Made by a program: the position numbers and the translations under genes | DNA from: Paragordius varius | Lineage: Eukaryota; Animalia; Nematomorpha | Length of the DNA: 64,000 bases | Assembly: GCA_964247055.1 (NCBI GenBank) | Contig: OZ176054.1 | Coordinates: forward strand, 4,588,001-4,652,000 | Direction of reading: 5' to 3' | Part shown: positions 43,293-64,000 of the stretch, one piece after another | Position numbering within the stretch: the stretch's first letter is position 1 | Layout: each line of letters begins with the position of its first letter | The notes under the pieces: generated by a model | What the model saw: only the letters and a program-made list of their open reading frames with translations | The model's database searches: none | Told to the model about the DNA's origin: nothing

Positions 43293-44020
43293 TAATTTTT
43301 GTTTATTACGTTGGCAGAAGTATGCAGAATTGCCTATAAAAGCAAAGAGGTAGGTTTATCCTTACATGTTTATCTTTACAGTTTTCTTCTGTAACAATTT
43401 TGAATGAATGGTATATGGTTATAGTACTTTATGTATTCCATGCCATGGGTAATATGAGGTATATATAAATATTTTGAATAAAACAACCTTTTACCGAATA
43501 ATTAGTGGTGTTAATAAATAAAATATATAAATTCTTAACATTTTTATAGGTTTCCTAAATATTTTCTTCTATCATGAAAAATTGTATTTATTTTTTTTTA
43601 AATTTTTTGTCGGCTGTAACATTTTTGGAGGGCCGCATACACTTTGCGGGGATCGTGTTGGACACCCCTGCTCTAATATATAGTTTATGGTTTTTTACCA
43701 GAAGTTTATTTGATTAATTAATGTATTAAAAAACTACGTAAATAATTATAAGTGTGGCTCTACCCAAGCATTAAAAGTAAGAAAAAATTATTATTATGGT
43801 GAGTTTATTTCAATCGGATAAGAGAAATAATGTTATTAAATGATTATTATTTTAAATTACACAAGAACAACCAATTTAAATTATGATGGTTATTCCATTT
43901 TGATGGGAAACCACAAAAAATGTTTTCATACACAAAATTTTAATAATAATAATTTACCAATAAATATTATTTAAACATATGGTAACCACTTATTTTGGAG
44001 ATGGAAACCCAGCTAATTTA

Positions 44021-44962
44021 ACGGTTGGCACCGGAACCGGGCTAGTTTCTAATAATTGAAAACAGAATGGTTCTCAAAATTTTGGAACTGCAACCGGGGT
44101 GATTCATGAGAAAATGTAAATGAAACCGGGTTGGTTTCAACACAACCGGTTCCTACTAAAAACTCAACCGGGTTCCAGTTCCGCGAGGGTCCCTGTTCAA
44201 AAGCCCTGTATTTAACACCTTCTGACCACTATGAAGGAGTGTTTTATTTTTTGTGGCTGATCAATCTGCACATTTTCCTCATTCTTTTAAAACACGCCTT
44301 GATGTGGAGGCACATTTTACATAGGTTATAATCTTCCCTTGATAGGGGAATACCCAGCACCATTATTTGATTTTCCCAAAAAATCACTTCACAGAAATAT
44401 TTTTCTGACTTAATAATTTAAAACGCTAATTTATAGTATGTGAGGTTGAACATAGGGGGCAAATAAGAATGATTGACCATGATCAGAGCATAAAAAATAA
44501 TAAATGAGCCTTTTTTCAAAAATATTGATTCAAAAACTCGATTTTAAGAGATTTTTTTGATAATCTAATTTTTCTAGAGGTGGGATTATATTTAAGAGTG
44601 GCTCGGCTACGATCGTCATTATCAAAAATCCCTTTTTATCAAAATAGGCCTATATTTTTCCCTAAAAAGGATTTAATATCAATATTATTCATATGAATAG
44701 GGTCATTTATAATTAAATTTTACCTTATATTGCGACAGTAGGCATATTTTTGGATATACACACTTGATCAATTCTTTACAAAAATAAAGCGGTCTTCAAA
44801 TCAAAACTACTTAATTACTAAACTTAGGCAGATACCGGTTCCGATGGGTTGAGACTAACGTGTTTGATTTCGGTTCGATTGATTTTTGTGAAAGATTTGG
44901 TTTCATTTTCGAAAACTAGGAGCCAACGCGGTTCTAGTTTCTGGCCCCGGTCCCATACCCTT
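44021..44962. mobile_element. Degenerate TIR element with AACCGG-rich subterminal repeats (hAT-like)
   Basis: Clusters of aaccgg/ccggtt at both ends (44021-44190 and 44830-44960), with weak terminal complementarity. A similar fragment lies at about 20380-20490. Confidence 0.45.
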
Positions 44963-45059
44963 GTTTGTTTCAACAAAAATTATATAATCACTACTTAAAA
45001 TTTTAAAGGTTAATTTATTATTTAATAGGAGTAATCGCTATTATATTCCACTTGATAAT

Positions 45060-45901
45060 ATGGTTAAAGCTTTTAATTCAAAAAATGATCTATTTTTAAA
45101 AATATAGATATCAATACGAATTTACAATATTTAATCTTGTTGAGAAATTTGAGTCATGAGAATTATGGAGCCCTCTCTCATTCATTAGATATTTTTGGGA
45201 AGTATAAATTGATTATATAAGAAAAATTAAATATAGATTAAGCGAATGTTGAGCGATGCTTTTTAACTTGTTTTATTTTCTTATAGATAGTCAATTACGG
45301 TGTTTGAATAAATTTTATAATTTGAATACGTATTTTCATGATAATTTGAAATTTTTTAATATAAATTTTGCCTGTTTAGAACAATTGTTCTTAAACGATT
45401 TCACTTGTGCAAAAATTTTACCCTTGAAGATAACTTTATTAAAAGACTTTTGCTATGTCATAACCCTAAGATAGAAGCAATGTTTTTATAATCGATTTTG
45501 GAACCAAGTGAACAAACCTTAATCTTATATTTTTGAAGCTATAGGCAACCATAATAATTACGTATAAGTCATAATTAATATAAAAATAATTTTTCTAAAA
45601 GATGGCTTCAAAGCCAAAACGCTAGACTATGATCAAATGATCTAGTCAAACTTGGCCTATTTCGGATTCAAATGGTTTCAAACACTTTTGAAATCGCATA
45701 GATATTATTTTATTTTAAAAAAGTTTTCAAAAAATGCTTATATCATGCGCTAATAGTTAATTATTGATGTTTATAAAATGGTTTATGTTTTTTTAGGAAT
45801 GATACTCCAACTAAAAATATTTATAGGATAATGTTTCATGTTACGTAACGGTCTGTGTATGCATATTTAGTGAGCAAACTTCATTCGTGAAACCTACATA
45901 A
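45060..45901 (+). pseudogene. Decayed p38/JNK-like MAP kinase
   Basis: Motifs in kinase order: FNSKN|ISIRIY/LILLRNLSHEN (p38 [24 protein letters not shown]), FLIDSQLRCL (FLIYQILRGL), HDNLKFFNINFACLEQLFLNDFTCAK ([26 protein letters not shown], identical spacing), YVITLR*, DQ..L...G, QKMLI, and EQTSFVKPT* (EVISFVPPP). Stops, frameshifts and missing segments. Confidence 0.55.
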
Positions 45902-46178
45902 AATACCCTTGATAATAACAAAATTATACAATGAGAGTCCCAAATTAAAAAAATCCTTTATATTAATAATAAATTATACGTTGACTAGTTCAGTGCATGT
46001 TAAATTATGTAAAACCACCAATTTACATCAAGTTATTATTTTATCAATAAGTTACAGCCTACCATCTTTTAACTTATATAATTAGCTGTTCATTGCAATA
46101 ACACATTTAAATAAATTTACTAGTATTCATATAGATTTTAAGTATATCACAATACGTAGAATAAGATAGAATTATAAT

Positions 46179-54067
<7,889 letters not shown>

Positions 54068-54659
54068 ATAGATTTAGCATGTGTTCCGCACCTATGGACA
54101 ATTTTACCTGTTTTAAAATTAATTACTACATTATTTTTTGAATAACCAATAGGTTCTCTTACTACAAAATGCAAAAATTAAACGATAGCTAACGCTAACT
54201 TACGATATTCACTACAAAAAATATTAATCTTAATTATTTTTACACCTAATAATATTATTTTGATATATTACACTTGCGCTAGAAATGAGAAAATAAAAAA
54301 TAAGGTGCCTATTTAGATTGGTGAAAAAAATCTTGAAATATAAAATGAAAAATATAAATTAGAGTTGTGGGTAAAAAAATAGGTTTTGTCATTTTGCCTT
54401 AAATATACTCATATACACAGTTCAAAAATAAGATAAAATGAATATATATTCTGACAGAAAAATTAATCAGGGTAATCATGTTATTTTTAGTTTTGGTTAC
54501 GAATGATATAGGAAAGTTATTATCAGTTTTTTACTTACTGGTCCAAACCGGAAAATGGTAAAATTTGATAACATTTTTTGTAAAAAATTATTTTCAAATG
54601 CTTCATCCCAAAAAATATCATTAAAATATATCATAAACTAGATATAAAAAGCAAATCAA

Positions 54660-55320
54660 TATTTTTTAAAAATTTAATTATTAGATGTGGGCTCCGAAAG
54701 TCCCAAATTACTCTTCTAAAATGGACTAGGTCGCTTAAAATAAACGCAAACATGCCGAGATTGCGCAATCGATATTATATATATATGCTAAATTTTGATA
54801 TAAACTAAAAATATTTTAAATACACACTTTTATCAAAAATTTAATTTTTATCAAAATTATATTGAAGCGTACTTCATACTATTGTGAGTCATGAAGCAAA
54901 CGGTTTAAAAACGTTTTAGGATATTATAAAAACACTTTTGTATATAACACAGTGTACACAAAAAATATTTTGACCAAAAATAGATATAAAAAGGTATTAG
55001 GATTATCGTGTTGCTTTTAGTTTTGTCCCCGAATTATGTAAAAGTGTTTTTATTATATTGTAGAGCGTTTTTAACGTTTCCATCATGACCTAAAATAGTA
55101 TGAAGTACGCTTCAACAAAATTTTGTTAAAAATGAAATTTTTGAAAAAAGATTTCATTTTTAAAAAAGAATCATTTTTAAAATTATTTTTAGGTGATATC
55201 AAAATTTAGCATTTATTTTAAATATTTATCAACCCCGCGCCTTTATTTTAAGAAGACTAGCCCAATTTCGATATGCAAAAAATTTGGGACTTCCTGAGTT
55301 TACATATGAAAATTAAAATT
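54660..55320. mobile_element. Foldback/MITE with inverted arms of about 280 bp
   Basis: gaaagtcccaaatt...ttgaagcgtacttcatactatt...aaaacacttttgta is mirrored by aaaagtgtttttat...aatagtatgaagtacgcttcaa...aatttgggacttcc. Confidence 0.75.
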
Positions 55321-55764
55321 TTTGAAAAATGTTGTTTTGTTTTTATATGTAGTTTTTGATATATATTAGTGAATTTTTTAGAATGAAACCTCTGGCTTTC
55401 ACCAAAAATAATTTATTTAAAAAATGTGCGCAAATTTTGCCATATTTTTATATGGAGCATTTACCACAACTGTGTTATTTTTTTTACATCCCTTGCAAGG
55501 GTTAACAAAAGCACGATCCTGACACATTTTCCCATCAGAATATAATTTTATCAGGTGATTTTTTATACCCCTAATTACGGACAGTGTATATAATGATATT
55601 TATCCTAAACATTCGATAGAGAAATGCAATCTATCGACAGTTTTCTTATTTAGTATATTTTTATGACCAAAAGTCGAATCAATAGCCAAAATGACAATGT
55701 TCAATAACAACTTCCGTGAAAAATCATTACATCAAAAAACTTAGTCGATATATCTTTTTTCTCC

Positions 55765-56068
55765 ATTAGTATAGAAAAAATATTTATAATAAAAGTATTG
55801 GATGTTTAGAAAAAATTAAACGCTTTTTCCTCTGGTGCAAAATTACTTTATATAAGTCTTACTTAAACCATTTATTGAGGGTTAAACTCTTAATATATAG
55901 TAATATGATAGTTATTCTCCATCTTATTGTATAGAAAAGTATTTATATTATAAGTATTGAATGTTTAGTAAAAATTAAACGCTTTTACTTTTTGTGTAAA
56001 TTTTCTTGTTTATATAAGTCAACCATTTTTTGAGGGTTAATCTCTTAATATATAGTAATATGATAGTT
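55765..56068. repeat. Two-copy tandem repeat, unit about 155 bp
   Basis: gtatagaaaa...aaaaattaaacgcttt...tatataagtc...gagggttaa.ctcttaatatatagtaatatgatagtt occurs twice in tandem. Confidence 0.8.
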
Positions 56069-57838
56069 AAAATAATTTAAATCTTTTATTGCATAATAAC
56101 AAGTTTTTTTATTTAAATTTGGCGTCAGAGTGCGATTTTTTAGCATTATTTCTAGTAAGTCATTAAAAATCCCCCGAAAAACTGAAATATTTAATGAAAA
56201 TATTCGTTTTGGATTATCCTTTTATAAATGAAAAAATGTCGTTGACGCGGTTTTCTCTATTGTTAATTTTCGACCTAATGTGCGATAAAAATGTGATTTT
56301 TTGATTTTGGCTAATGGCAGAAAAAATATAATTAATTTTTTCTAACCTGTTATCAGCATTAATTCGATAATATTTATCCTGAAGGTTTTAACTAATAATA
56401 TATGATTTTAGAACTATTTGTAACTTATATAAACATTATTTATTTAATATAATTAATTATTTATTAGTTAAATTTTTTTAATTAAAGTATAGTTTACAGT
56501 TTTTTTCCATTGATAGTTATTTTTTACTGTGTTTTCGAATTGTTTTTTCATTTTTTATGAGTTTTAAGCACGAGGTGTGCAGGCCAGTCGCTGCCCGGAG
56601 GGAGAACCAATAGGAAAGGATTTGTAGAATGTGTTTTGCGAGTACTAATGATGGAATAAGAAGTAACTTATATGAATTAGTTGAAACTATGAGGTTAAAA
56701 AGGTAAATTTCTTGTGCATTCAGGAGACTTACCGTTGAAACGATACCAAGACGTTAGAAACTATAAAATGTTTTATTCATGTTAAAATGGTTACAGTGGG
56801 TTCGCAATGATAGTGTATTCAAGATTTGAAATTAAGTAGTTGAGGTTAGACGTGTAGAATTATAAATTTTGACATAATGTTAGATATAAAGGTTTTCAAA
56901 ATATTTGGCGATTAAGCGCCTTAGATAGGGTTGACTAAACTAGAAAAAGATAAATTTTATGACTTATTGGACGGAGAAATGACTTTATTAACGAAAGACG
57001 GATAAATAATAATTTGTGGTGATTTCGATGGATGTGGGACAAAATAAGATTATGAACCTTGGCAAGGAGGTAAAGATTACGGGAAAAACTGAATTAATTG
57101 ATGATTCGCTCAATCTTATAACTTAGCTATAAAAAATACCTTTTTACTAAAAGTTTTAGCCAAAAAAATCAATTATATCCTTGTACCGCAAAAGTCCTTA
57201 GCGTCGTGGACTGCAAAACCTAATCTGGAGATTATAAACTTAATATAATTTAATCATGTGTAAATATATGGCACATATACTGATAAATGTTAAAAGGCGT
57301 AAGCTTATAGCGCTAAAGATAATTATGGGATCTCTTAAGAAATAGTAAAGAAGAGAAGGATAATATAATTAGAGGGTCGGGAGATAAGGTCTGTTGAATG
57401 AAAGGTAGTAGAAATCAGTTGTATAGAAAAGATTGGCTAAAAGATGAAAGAATAATTTTGAAATTACGTGAGAAAAGTAAAGTTTTTAAAATATGGATGT
57501 TTACCTACCAAACAGAAGACAAATTATATTAGGATTAATAAGGAACTTGAAAAGCTTGCAATAGCCAAAAAAGAGAAAACAGAATCACTATATGAGGTGT
57601 TAAATTGTAAACAAGGTGTAAATAAAGTAAATTTTCTCACAAAGAAACAGAAGAAAGCTGGACTTGCCCCATTATGCGACCGCTATTAGAGACAAAAACG
57701 GTGAATTACTCGTGGATGAATAGAAAATTTTAAAGAGGTAAAAAGAATATTACTTGGACATCGAATTGGGCGTCATTGAAACGAAACTACTCGAAACTTA
57801 AAATATTAGTAATGAAGTCCATGGTTTAGAAGTTATCT

Positions 57839-58436
57839 ATAAATAGAGCTGCATGTCCAGATATTAATAATGAGAACAACTCTACGCCTGAAATAAAGCG
57901 AAGAATTGCTATTGCTAAAGCAGTAACTTTTAAATATAACAGGATTTGGATGTCACATGACATTAAACTACAAACCAAAATCAGATTAATCAAAGCTACA
58001 GTTTTCCCCACATTCATGTATGGGGGGGAAAGCTGGACACTGAAAAAATATGATGAACGTCTAATAAATTCTTTCGAATTATGGGTTTGGAGAAAACTTC
58101 TTCAAACAAAATGGACAGACAAAGTTTCAAACACCACCATTCTAAATAAAATAAACCCAGAAATGTCACTCCTTGGCAGCTTAACACGGCAAAAACTCTC
58201 CTTCTTCGGGCACATCATGAGATCCAGCTCACTCGAAAAATCACTGATGCTGGGGAAAGTGAGTGGTGCCCGAAAAAGAGGGAGAAGACGAACTCGTTGG
58301 ATGGATAACATCCTTAAAGAAACCAACCTATCCTTATCCGACCTAAACACCAAAACCGGAAATCGCAATGAATGGAGAAGCTTTATTTTCAATGTTGCAA
58401 TCAGTCGGAATCGACTTTAGCAAACAACAACAACAA
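57839..58436 (+). mobile_element. Young 5'-truncated RTE (BovB-like) LINE inserted in the old RTE
   Basis: Intact C-terminal ORF (IKRRIAIAK...FFGHIMR...GARKRGRRRTRWMD), (CAA)n tail, and 10-bp TSD GAAGTTATCT / GAAGTTATTT (57829-57838 and 58437-58446). Confidence 0.85.
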
Positions 58437-58490
58437 GAAGTTATTTGAGAAAATACTAACGAAAGGAATAAAAAAATGATTAGCACAGAG

Positions 58491-60275
58491 CAGGGGTGGC
58501 TAACCTTTTTTTTTGTGGGCTACTTTTAAGATAGTTTTACGCAAGCACATATGAATATTAAGTATTATAAAATTCATTTATTACTACATTACAAATGATG
58601 CAAATATTTATCTCTATTTACGGATTGGGGTGACTAGCACAGGCCATTTTACAATAAATACGAAAAATTATTATTTTTTAGTAGTTATTTTAATATATAA
58701 TTTAAATTTTATCAAAATGCATAAGATAATGATGATTCAGAAGACCTTTGGTTGCAACAATCAGTGCAAATACTAAAACAATTACATTATTGAATTTAAT
58801 AAATTTGCATGATTAATTAAATGTACATCTTGCGACGGATTTTAGATGATATAAGTAAAAAATGGATTTGTAGCTTTTGGCAAAGATCTTTATAATTACC
58901 AATTCAAATAATGGACATATACTTCAAGAAGTTTGAATCGAAAAAAGTGTCGCGCCGAAAGTTTTGAATTAAATTAAAGAGTCGACAAAGTGAACTTGTT
59001 AATACAGATGTGAGATGGTTAAATCCTACTGCATTGTTAGAAAGATTAAGACATTTTTACTACAAATATCTATTTTACAGAATATTCATATCCACAAGCA
59101 AAAGATCTAAAATCGCTTCTTGATATTGATTATGATCCAATATCTCAGAAAAATTGCACATTGCAAATCGATTGAAAAACATTTACTATTTTAACGTATA
59201 CATCCATTATGCTTATATTTACTAATTTTGGAACATAAAACATGGATGTGTATTATGCAATTATAATCCATAAAATCTGGAAAATTTTAATTGCAAAGAG
59301 CTACGAATCCATTTTTTTTAATCATCCAGCTCCGTCGGTTGTTATGGAAACTTAAACCGGTAAATTTGAAACTGTAATATAAATATTAAATGATTTAAAA
59401 TATTTTGACTTCTGGTGTGTTCTTGCAGAGGTATGACAGTAAATAACTCTTCTTAGGCTATGTCATGTCGAATAAAAACGCATAATTGAGCAATTCCAAC
59501 GTAATCGGTTGACTCGTGAATTCGAACCGATAAAACATTCAAGATTTAATACTTTTATGCAAAATTTCGGTCTGACTCTCCGCATAATTGTGTTTCTAAA
59601 GGGATAGGCTTTTATCAATTCCATTATCTGTCTTATTTTTCAAACAGCACTTCAGATAATATAAAAGTTTGTTTTAGAATTTCACTGTCTTAAAAAAATT
59701 TGTTGTTTTTTAGAATTTTTGATATTTTATAAGTTGCAATTATGGAATTTTGTTAATTTTTGCTGTATACAATGCAGTGTTTCTGAGCATTTAGTTCTTT
59801 CAATAGCTTGATTTTTGATTGTGAATTTCTAAATTTATTTTTCATTGTTCACGTGAAGCGGTAAAATGTCTGACATCTGCTTTTTCAGAGAAAGCCACGG
59901 TGGACTTGCCCAAACATGCACATTTATCATTTCATTATAAAAATTTTCTTCCCATTTATTTAAGCATTGTTCTGGCCTGAATTTTTGATCATAATAATAT
60001 CTAAGTTTAAAGGATACTTCCATCTGATTTTTTGCCATATTTAAATTGTTTTCTAAGGAAATCACGATTGATTCTAACTTCTCACATCATTTAATAAATA
60101 TATTATTAACATAATAAATTAACTTAGTTAAATATAATTTTTGTTAACAAGTATTTTTTCAAAAACAAAATTGAAAAAAATAAATCATAATTTTGTGGAA
60201 AAAAATTATATGCAAATATTGTACTTATTTTGAAAAATTTAGGCGGTCACGAAGTCGACCGTTAGGTCACCCCTG
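58491..60275 (-). mobile_element. Degenerate Buster-type hAT inserted in the RT domain of the old RTE, with an internal inversion
   Basis: TIRs caggggtggctaac and gttaggtcacccctg. Flanks gcacagag/gtatagat (5/8 match). Minus-strand remnants STDYVGIAQLCVFIR, TTDGAG, NCIIH and NPF, but TDVRWLN..LLER lies on the plus strand at about 59000. Confidence 0.8.
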
Positions 60276-61622
60276 GTATAGATGGTAACAATTTGGTTTT
60301 ATTATTGAAAAGTCCACAATCGATCCGCTTTACGCAGTATGAAGGTTAATTGAAAAGCATATGGAAATGAAAAAGGAATTGAATGGAATTTTAATCGATA
60401 TTAAAAAAGCGTTTGATAGCTTACCATGAAGTACAATATAGTGGAGTACAATACGAAAAATTGTGACTGAAAGTTGCATAAACATTCATAAAAGCATATA
60501 CGGATATTAAAGTTAAAACTTAGGGATTTTCAGAGAAATAAATCAAGGCGTCTAGGGGTCAACAATCAATCCGTTGGTATTTATAATATGGGTCAAAATT
60601 TCAAAAGGAGTCGGACAATAAGGTTGCTGGTATTTGTTTATGCAGATGACCTAATAATGCTGTGAGACAAGGTGCATGAATCGAAAAAACTGATGAAAAA
60701 GGGGATGTGTTACAACGGTGCGGTTATCCTATAGGTAAACGAATTTTATAAATTTTGGTGGAAAAAAATGAGAAATAGAATTAGAAGAAAATTGGATATT
60801 AAAAAGTTAGGAAGAATGCAAATATTTAGGAGTGATTTTAGCAGCAGATGCTTCTTTAATGCATAAATTTAAGAATTCGAAATAAGTCGGCAAATTATAA
60901 AAAGTTTAGTGTGCGATAAAAATATCGATCTAAAAGTCAAGAGTAAAATTTACAGTGCTGTTGTACGACCAATAATGTTGTACAACTCACAGACATGGGC
61001 ACTTAACAAAAAAAGGCACTTTTAAGTTTTTGTAGATAATGCTTAGCTTGATGTTCAATGTGACGAGGAAAAACAATGTGAGGTAACATTAGAGGAAGTA
61101 CAGAAACCGAAAACACATTAGATGATGTAAAATCGTCTTAGGTGGTTTGGACATGTAGAAAGAAGAGATGGTAACTTCATAGGTAAAAAATATTGATCAA
61201 TATATTGGGAAAGAAGGGGGCGCTCTAGAACCGACATAGACAGAGTTCTATGACGAAATAGCGAATATGACCGCTCGGAGATCATATAATGTAATTGTTA
61301 TTAATGTGTGTAGATTTTTTAATTCCCATTTTTGCCCTACAGTGTATGATATGGGTATTTTGCCTAGAAAAACAACATTAAGGGTTTACTGGGCTTATAG
61401 TAAAAGAATTCCTAGTCTGTATATAATAAAAACATTTGTAAAAATTTATTAATATAATAAAGTATGTCAAAATACATATTTCGATATATACCATTATTAG
61501 GGTTGTTATAAAGCATGTAATATTATGAATAAATAGTATGAATATTCTAAGCAAAACCCGAACACAGAATAAACAATAAAAGCAAATAAATAAGATGGTA
61601 CTCCAACATTCAAAATAAGTCA

Positions 61623-64000
61623 TCATCCTGTCCAAGAGGTCCAACTCATCTGTAATATATGTATCAATTATGAAATAAGTATTGAAAAAACTTCAAAGGC
61701 GGATTTGCCATATTAATATCTATGGTATTAAAAAATAAAGCAAAATGTTTAATATTCAAAAATATACCAAATTTTGCAAATCATTTTGCGGATGCATTGG
61801 TGGAGGCAGTAAACCGTTCATAAAATTGGTATTGTCTTTCGGGAAATTGGAATATATGGTAGACGTGGGTATGGAAGTTAAATTTAAATGAGGTTCCAAT
61901 GCAAATGACGACGTAGAAATAATATGCCTATTCATATTGTAATATTGGCCCAAACCATTCTCTAAAGTGTCCTTAATATCTGCATTATTTTGGCAATACA
62001 TGTCTCGAACATTGTTTAACGCTTCGCGATATTCATTCTCATTAGGTGCATAGGTCCGATTATTTTCCAAAAGAGCGTCGTGCATAATAGGTGTGTTCGA
62101 AGAATATTTATTACCAAATGAGTTCTGGTTTTGATTAACTAGGGCGGATATGGCAGCAGCCATTTGATATTGATCATTTAATATGTATGGAGGCACGTAC
62201 AAATTATTATTATCTGGTAAAATATGATTCAAGGCTGCATAATTGCTACCAATTTTGCTTGATTCATCATTGTTATGAAAATGATGTTCAGTGGCTGTTC
62301 CATTGAAATTGTTGGTCTTCTTTAACATTTCTTTTAGAATGTTTACATTGTTTGAGGACTGCAAACTAATTTTATTAAACAAGTCGGTATTTTGGAAAAA
62401 ATCTGCATTTTTTGCAGAAGGTTCGTTGGTAAAAAAAGAGGAAGGTACATGATTGTTCTGAAAGGACCCATTGTACATTGGTGATATTGAAGGAAACCCA
62501 ATGGTTGACTGTGCCCTATTTCGTATATATATTAATAGCAAAATGCAGTTTAAATATATATATAAACTTAACAAATAAATTAATTTTTAATGCTTTATAA
62601 ATGAATTTAGCTACCTAGGTAAATAGACTATTTAATTCCTATAACAAAAATGTCATAATGAACCATACCTATTTGAGCTGGTAAAATTTGGTAGAGGCGG
62701 AATCGCATCCAATGATGGATAGTTTTGTGTAGATGCGTTATGCGATGAGCCCAAAAATTTCATTATATTTGAGGCATAAATTGAATCGAAATTTGGGGTT
62801 GTGTATTGCACACTAACTTGATCGTAATTGACTTTTGTGCCGTTCTCATCCCCAGCCTTTTTGGTCATGAATTTGGTAGCATACAAGTTGTAGTCATGGT
62901 GCTCGTCCGATTCTGTATTTAGACAAAAAAATATAAAGATTTTTTTTATTAAAACTATATATATTATATAATATTATGCATTGTTTCAGATATAAAATAT
63001 TAAAACAATCTAATTCGACATTTATTTTAACAATGACGAAGTAATCCAATATAACATGTTTTAAAATACCTTTGCGCGATCCATCATCAACAACCATTTC
63101 GGGTAATGTGACGAGATTATCGGTATTCGAGTCAACTTTAGGACACTTATTGGCCAAGTTTCGTTTGTATCCGGGTGCCTTATTTAACAAGCAATCAAAA
63201 TTGTCAGTTACGTTGGATTGTTTGAATTTTTCTTTGACGAAAGAGCCTGCGTTTGATTGAGACAATGGTGGGGCAATATTAATGGATGGGATGTAGGAAA
63301 CGGTTGTAGTTTGAATGGGAGAATGTAAAAGAAGATCTTTGTCAAACAAATTGATCGAGATGTCATGTTTATCCTGCTTTCGAGCAGTTGTAGGGAACAT
63401 GGTATTCACAAACGTATTAAAGGGGGAATACTCTGCTGCAGTAGGCAGTGTGCTTGTAGACGTAAAGGATTCGCCCTGATAATGAAATTCTTCGGATCCC
63501 AACAACTCCGTATTTACGGATGTTGAAACAACAAAGGATAAAGGGTGGTCCGATGAAATAATATTATTATTTTCTACAGTGTTTACTACCAATTGACTAG
63601 CTCCAACATCATGATTTATTTGAGGATAAGAAAATTCAAAAGGTTCCACTTCCGTACCACTTGGTTTGTTTGATGATTCATCTCCGCCTACGAATGAAAC
63701 ATAGTTGTTGGATTGGGATTCATTTACAATCGTGTCTTTCACCAACTTATTACTATTGTTGCCATTATTAGTATTGTGACGAGTTTTAAAAAGGGATGTT
63801 GTACCGAACGGAGCAGTAGCCAACATATTGGATTTATGAAATATGGCTGGGAGTTTGGATGAAGGTTTCAAACTTTCATAACTTTGAATAATTTGGATGG
63901 CATCGCGTTCCGGTTCATCTATCAGGGCCATGATGAGTTGATAGGAAAACTTTATGGCATCAGGAGACCCCTTGATAGTTATGTTTCGGTCAGCGGCTCC
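61623..64000 (-). CDS. ANKHD1: Ankyrin-repeat and KH-domain protein (ANKHD1/ANKRD17/Mask), 3' part. Exons >64000-63070, 62912-62669, 62515-61768, 61649-61623.
   Basis: The frame at the window edge reads DRNITIKGSPDAIKFSYQLIMALIDEPERDAIQII, matching the end of the ANKHD1/ANKRD17 KH domain (DRIITIRGGTESTRQATQLINALIKDPDKEIDELI). A long S/N/P-rich tail follows, with consistent splice phases ending MSWTSWTG*. Confidence 0.8.

Larger units (their letters stand above)
56570..61260 (+). mobile_element. Old, near-full-length RTE-clade LINE broken by two later insertions
   Basis: Endonuclease remnant ELVETMR.K.NFLCIQE near 56680, AIRDKNGELL near 57680, KLFEKIL at 58438, then after the hAT QFGF, IDIKKAFDSL, YADD (about 60640) and WFGHVERRD (about 61140). 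Many stops. Confidence 0.8.

Overview
Very AT-rich eukaryotic, almost certainly metazoan, genomic DNA read in the standard code. Seven spliced genes can be reconstructed by hand: PMS2 (+), fructosamine-3-kinase (+), an active-type rhomboid protease (+), PLK1 (-), TADA3 (-), a KAT6/MOZ-type MYST acetyltransferase (-) and the 3' part of ANKHD1/ANKRD17/Mask (-, running off the right edge). There is also one intronless orphan ORF. The most striking structure is the introns: at least 13 GT-AG introns are only 21-25 nt long. All of them lie within about 650 nt of the start codon in PMS2, FN3K, PLK1 and TADA3, while later introns in the same genes are 64-1570 nt and often carry transposons. The rest of the window is a stack of nested transposons with readable target-site duplications: Buster and Blackjack hATs, a TTAA-flanked MITE family, a TA-flanked foldback, a Helitron and RTE LINEs. 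Three decayed gene-like islands were also found (p38-like MAPK, cyclin-box-like, LDH/MDH-like), at moderate to low confidence. No rRNA, tRNA or CRISPR array was seen. Micro-introns of this size recall myxozoan or dicyemid parasites, but the species cannot be determined from the sequence. All homology calls come from remembered family motifs, not database searches.
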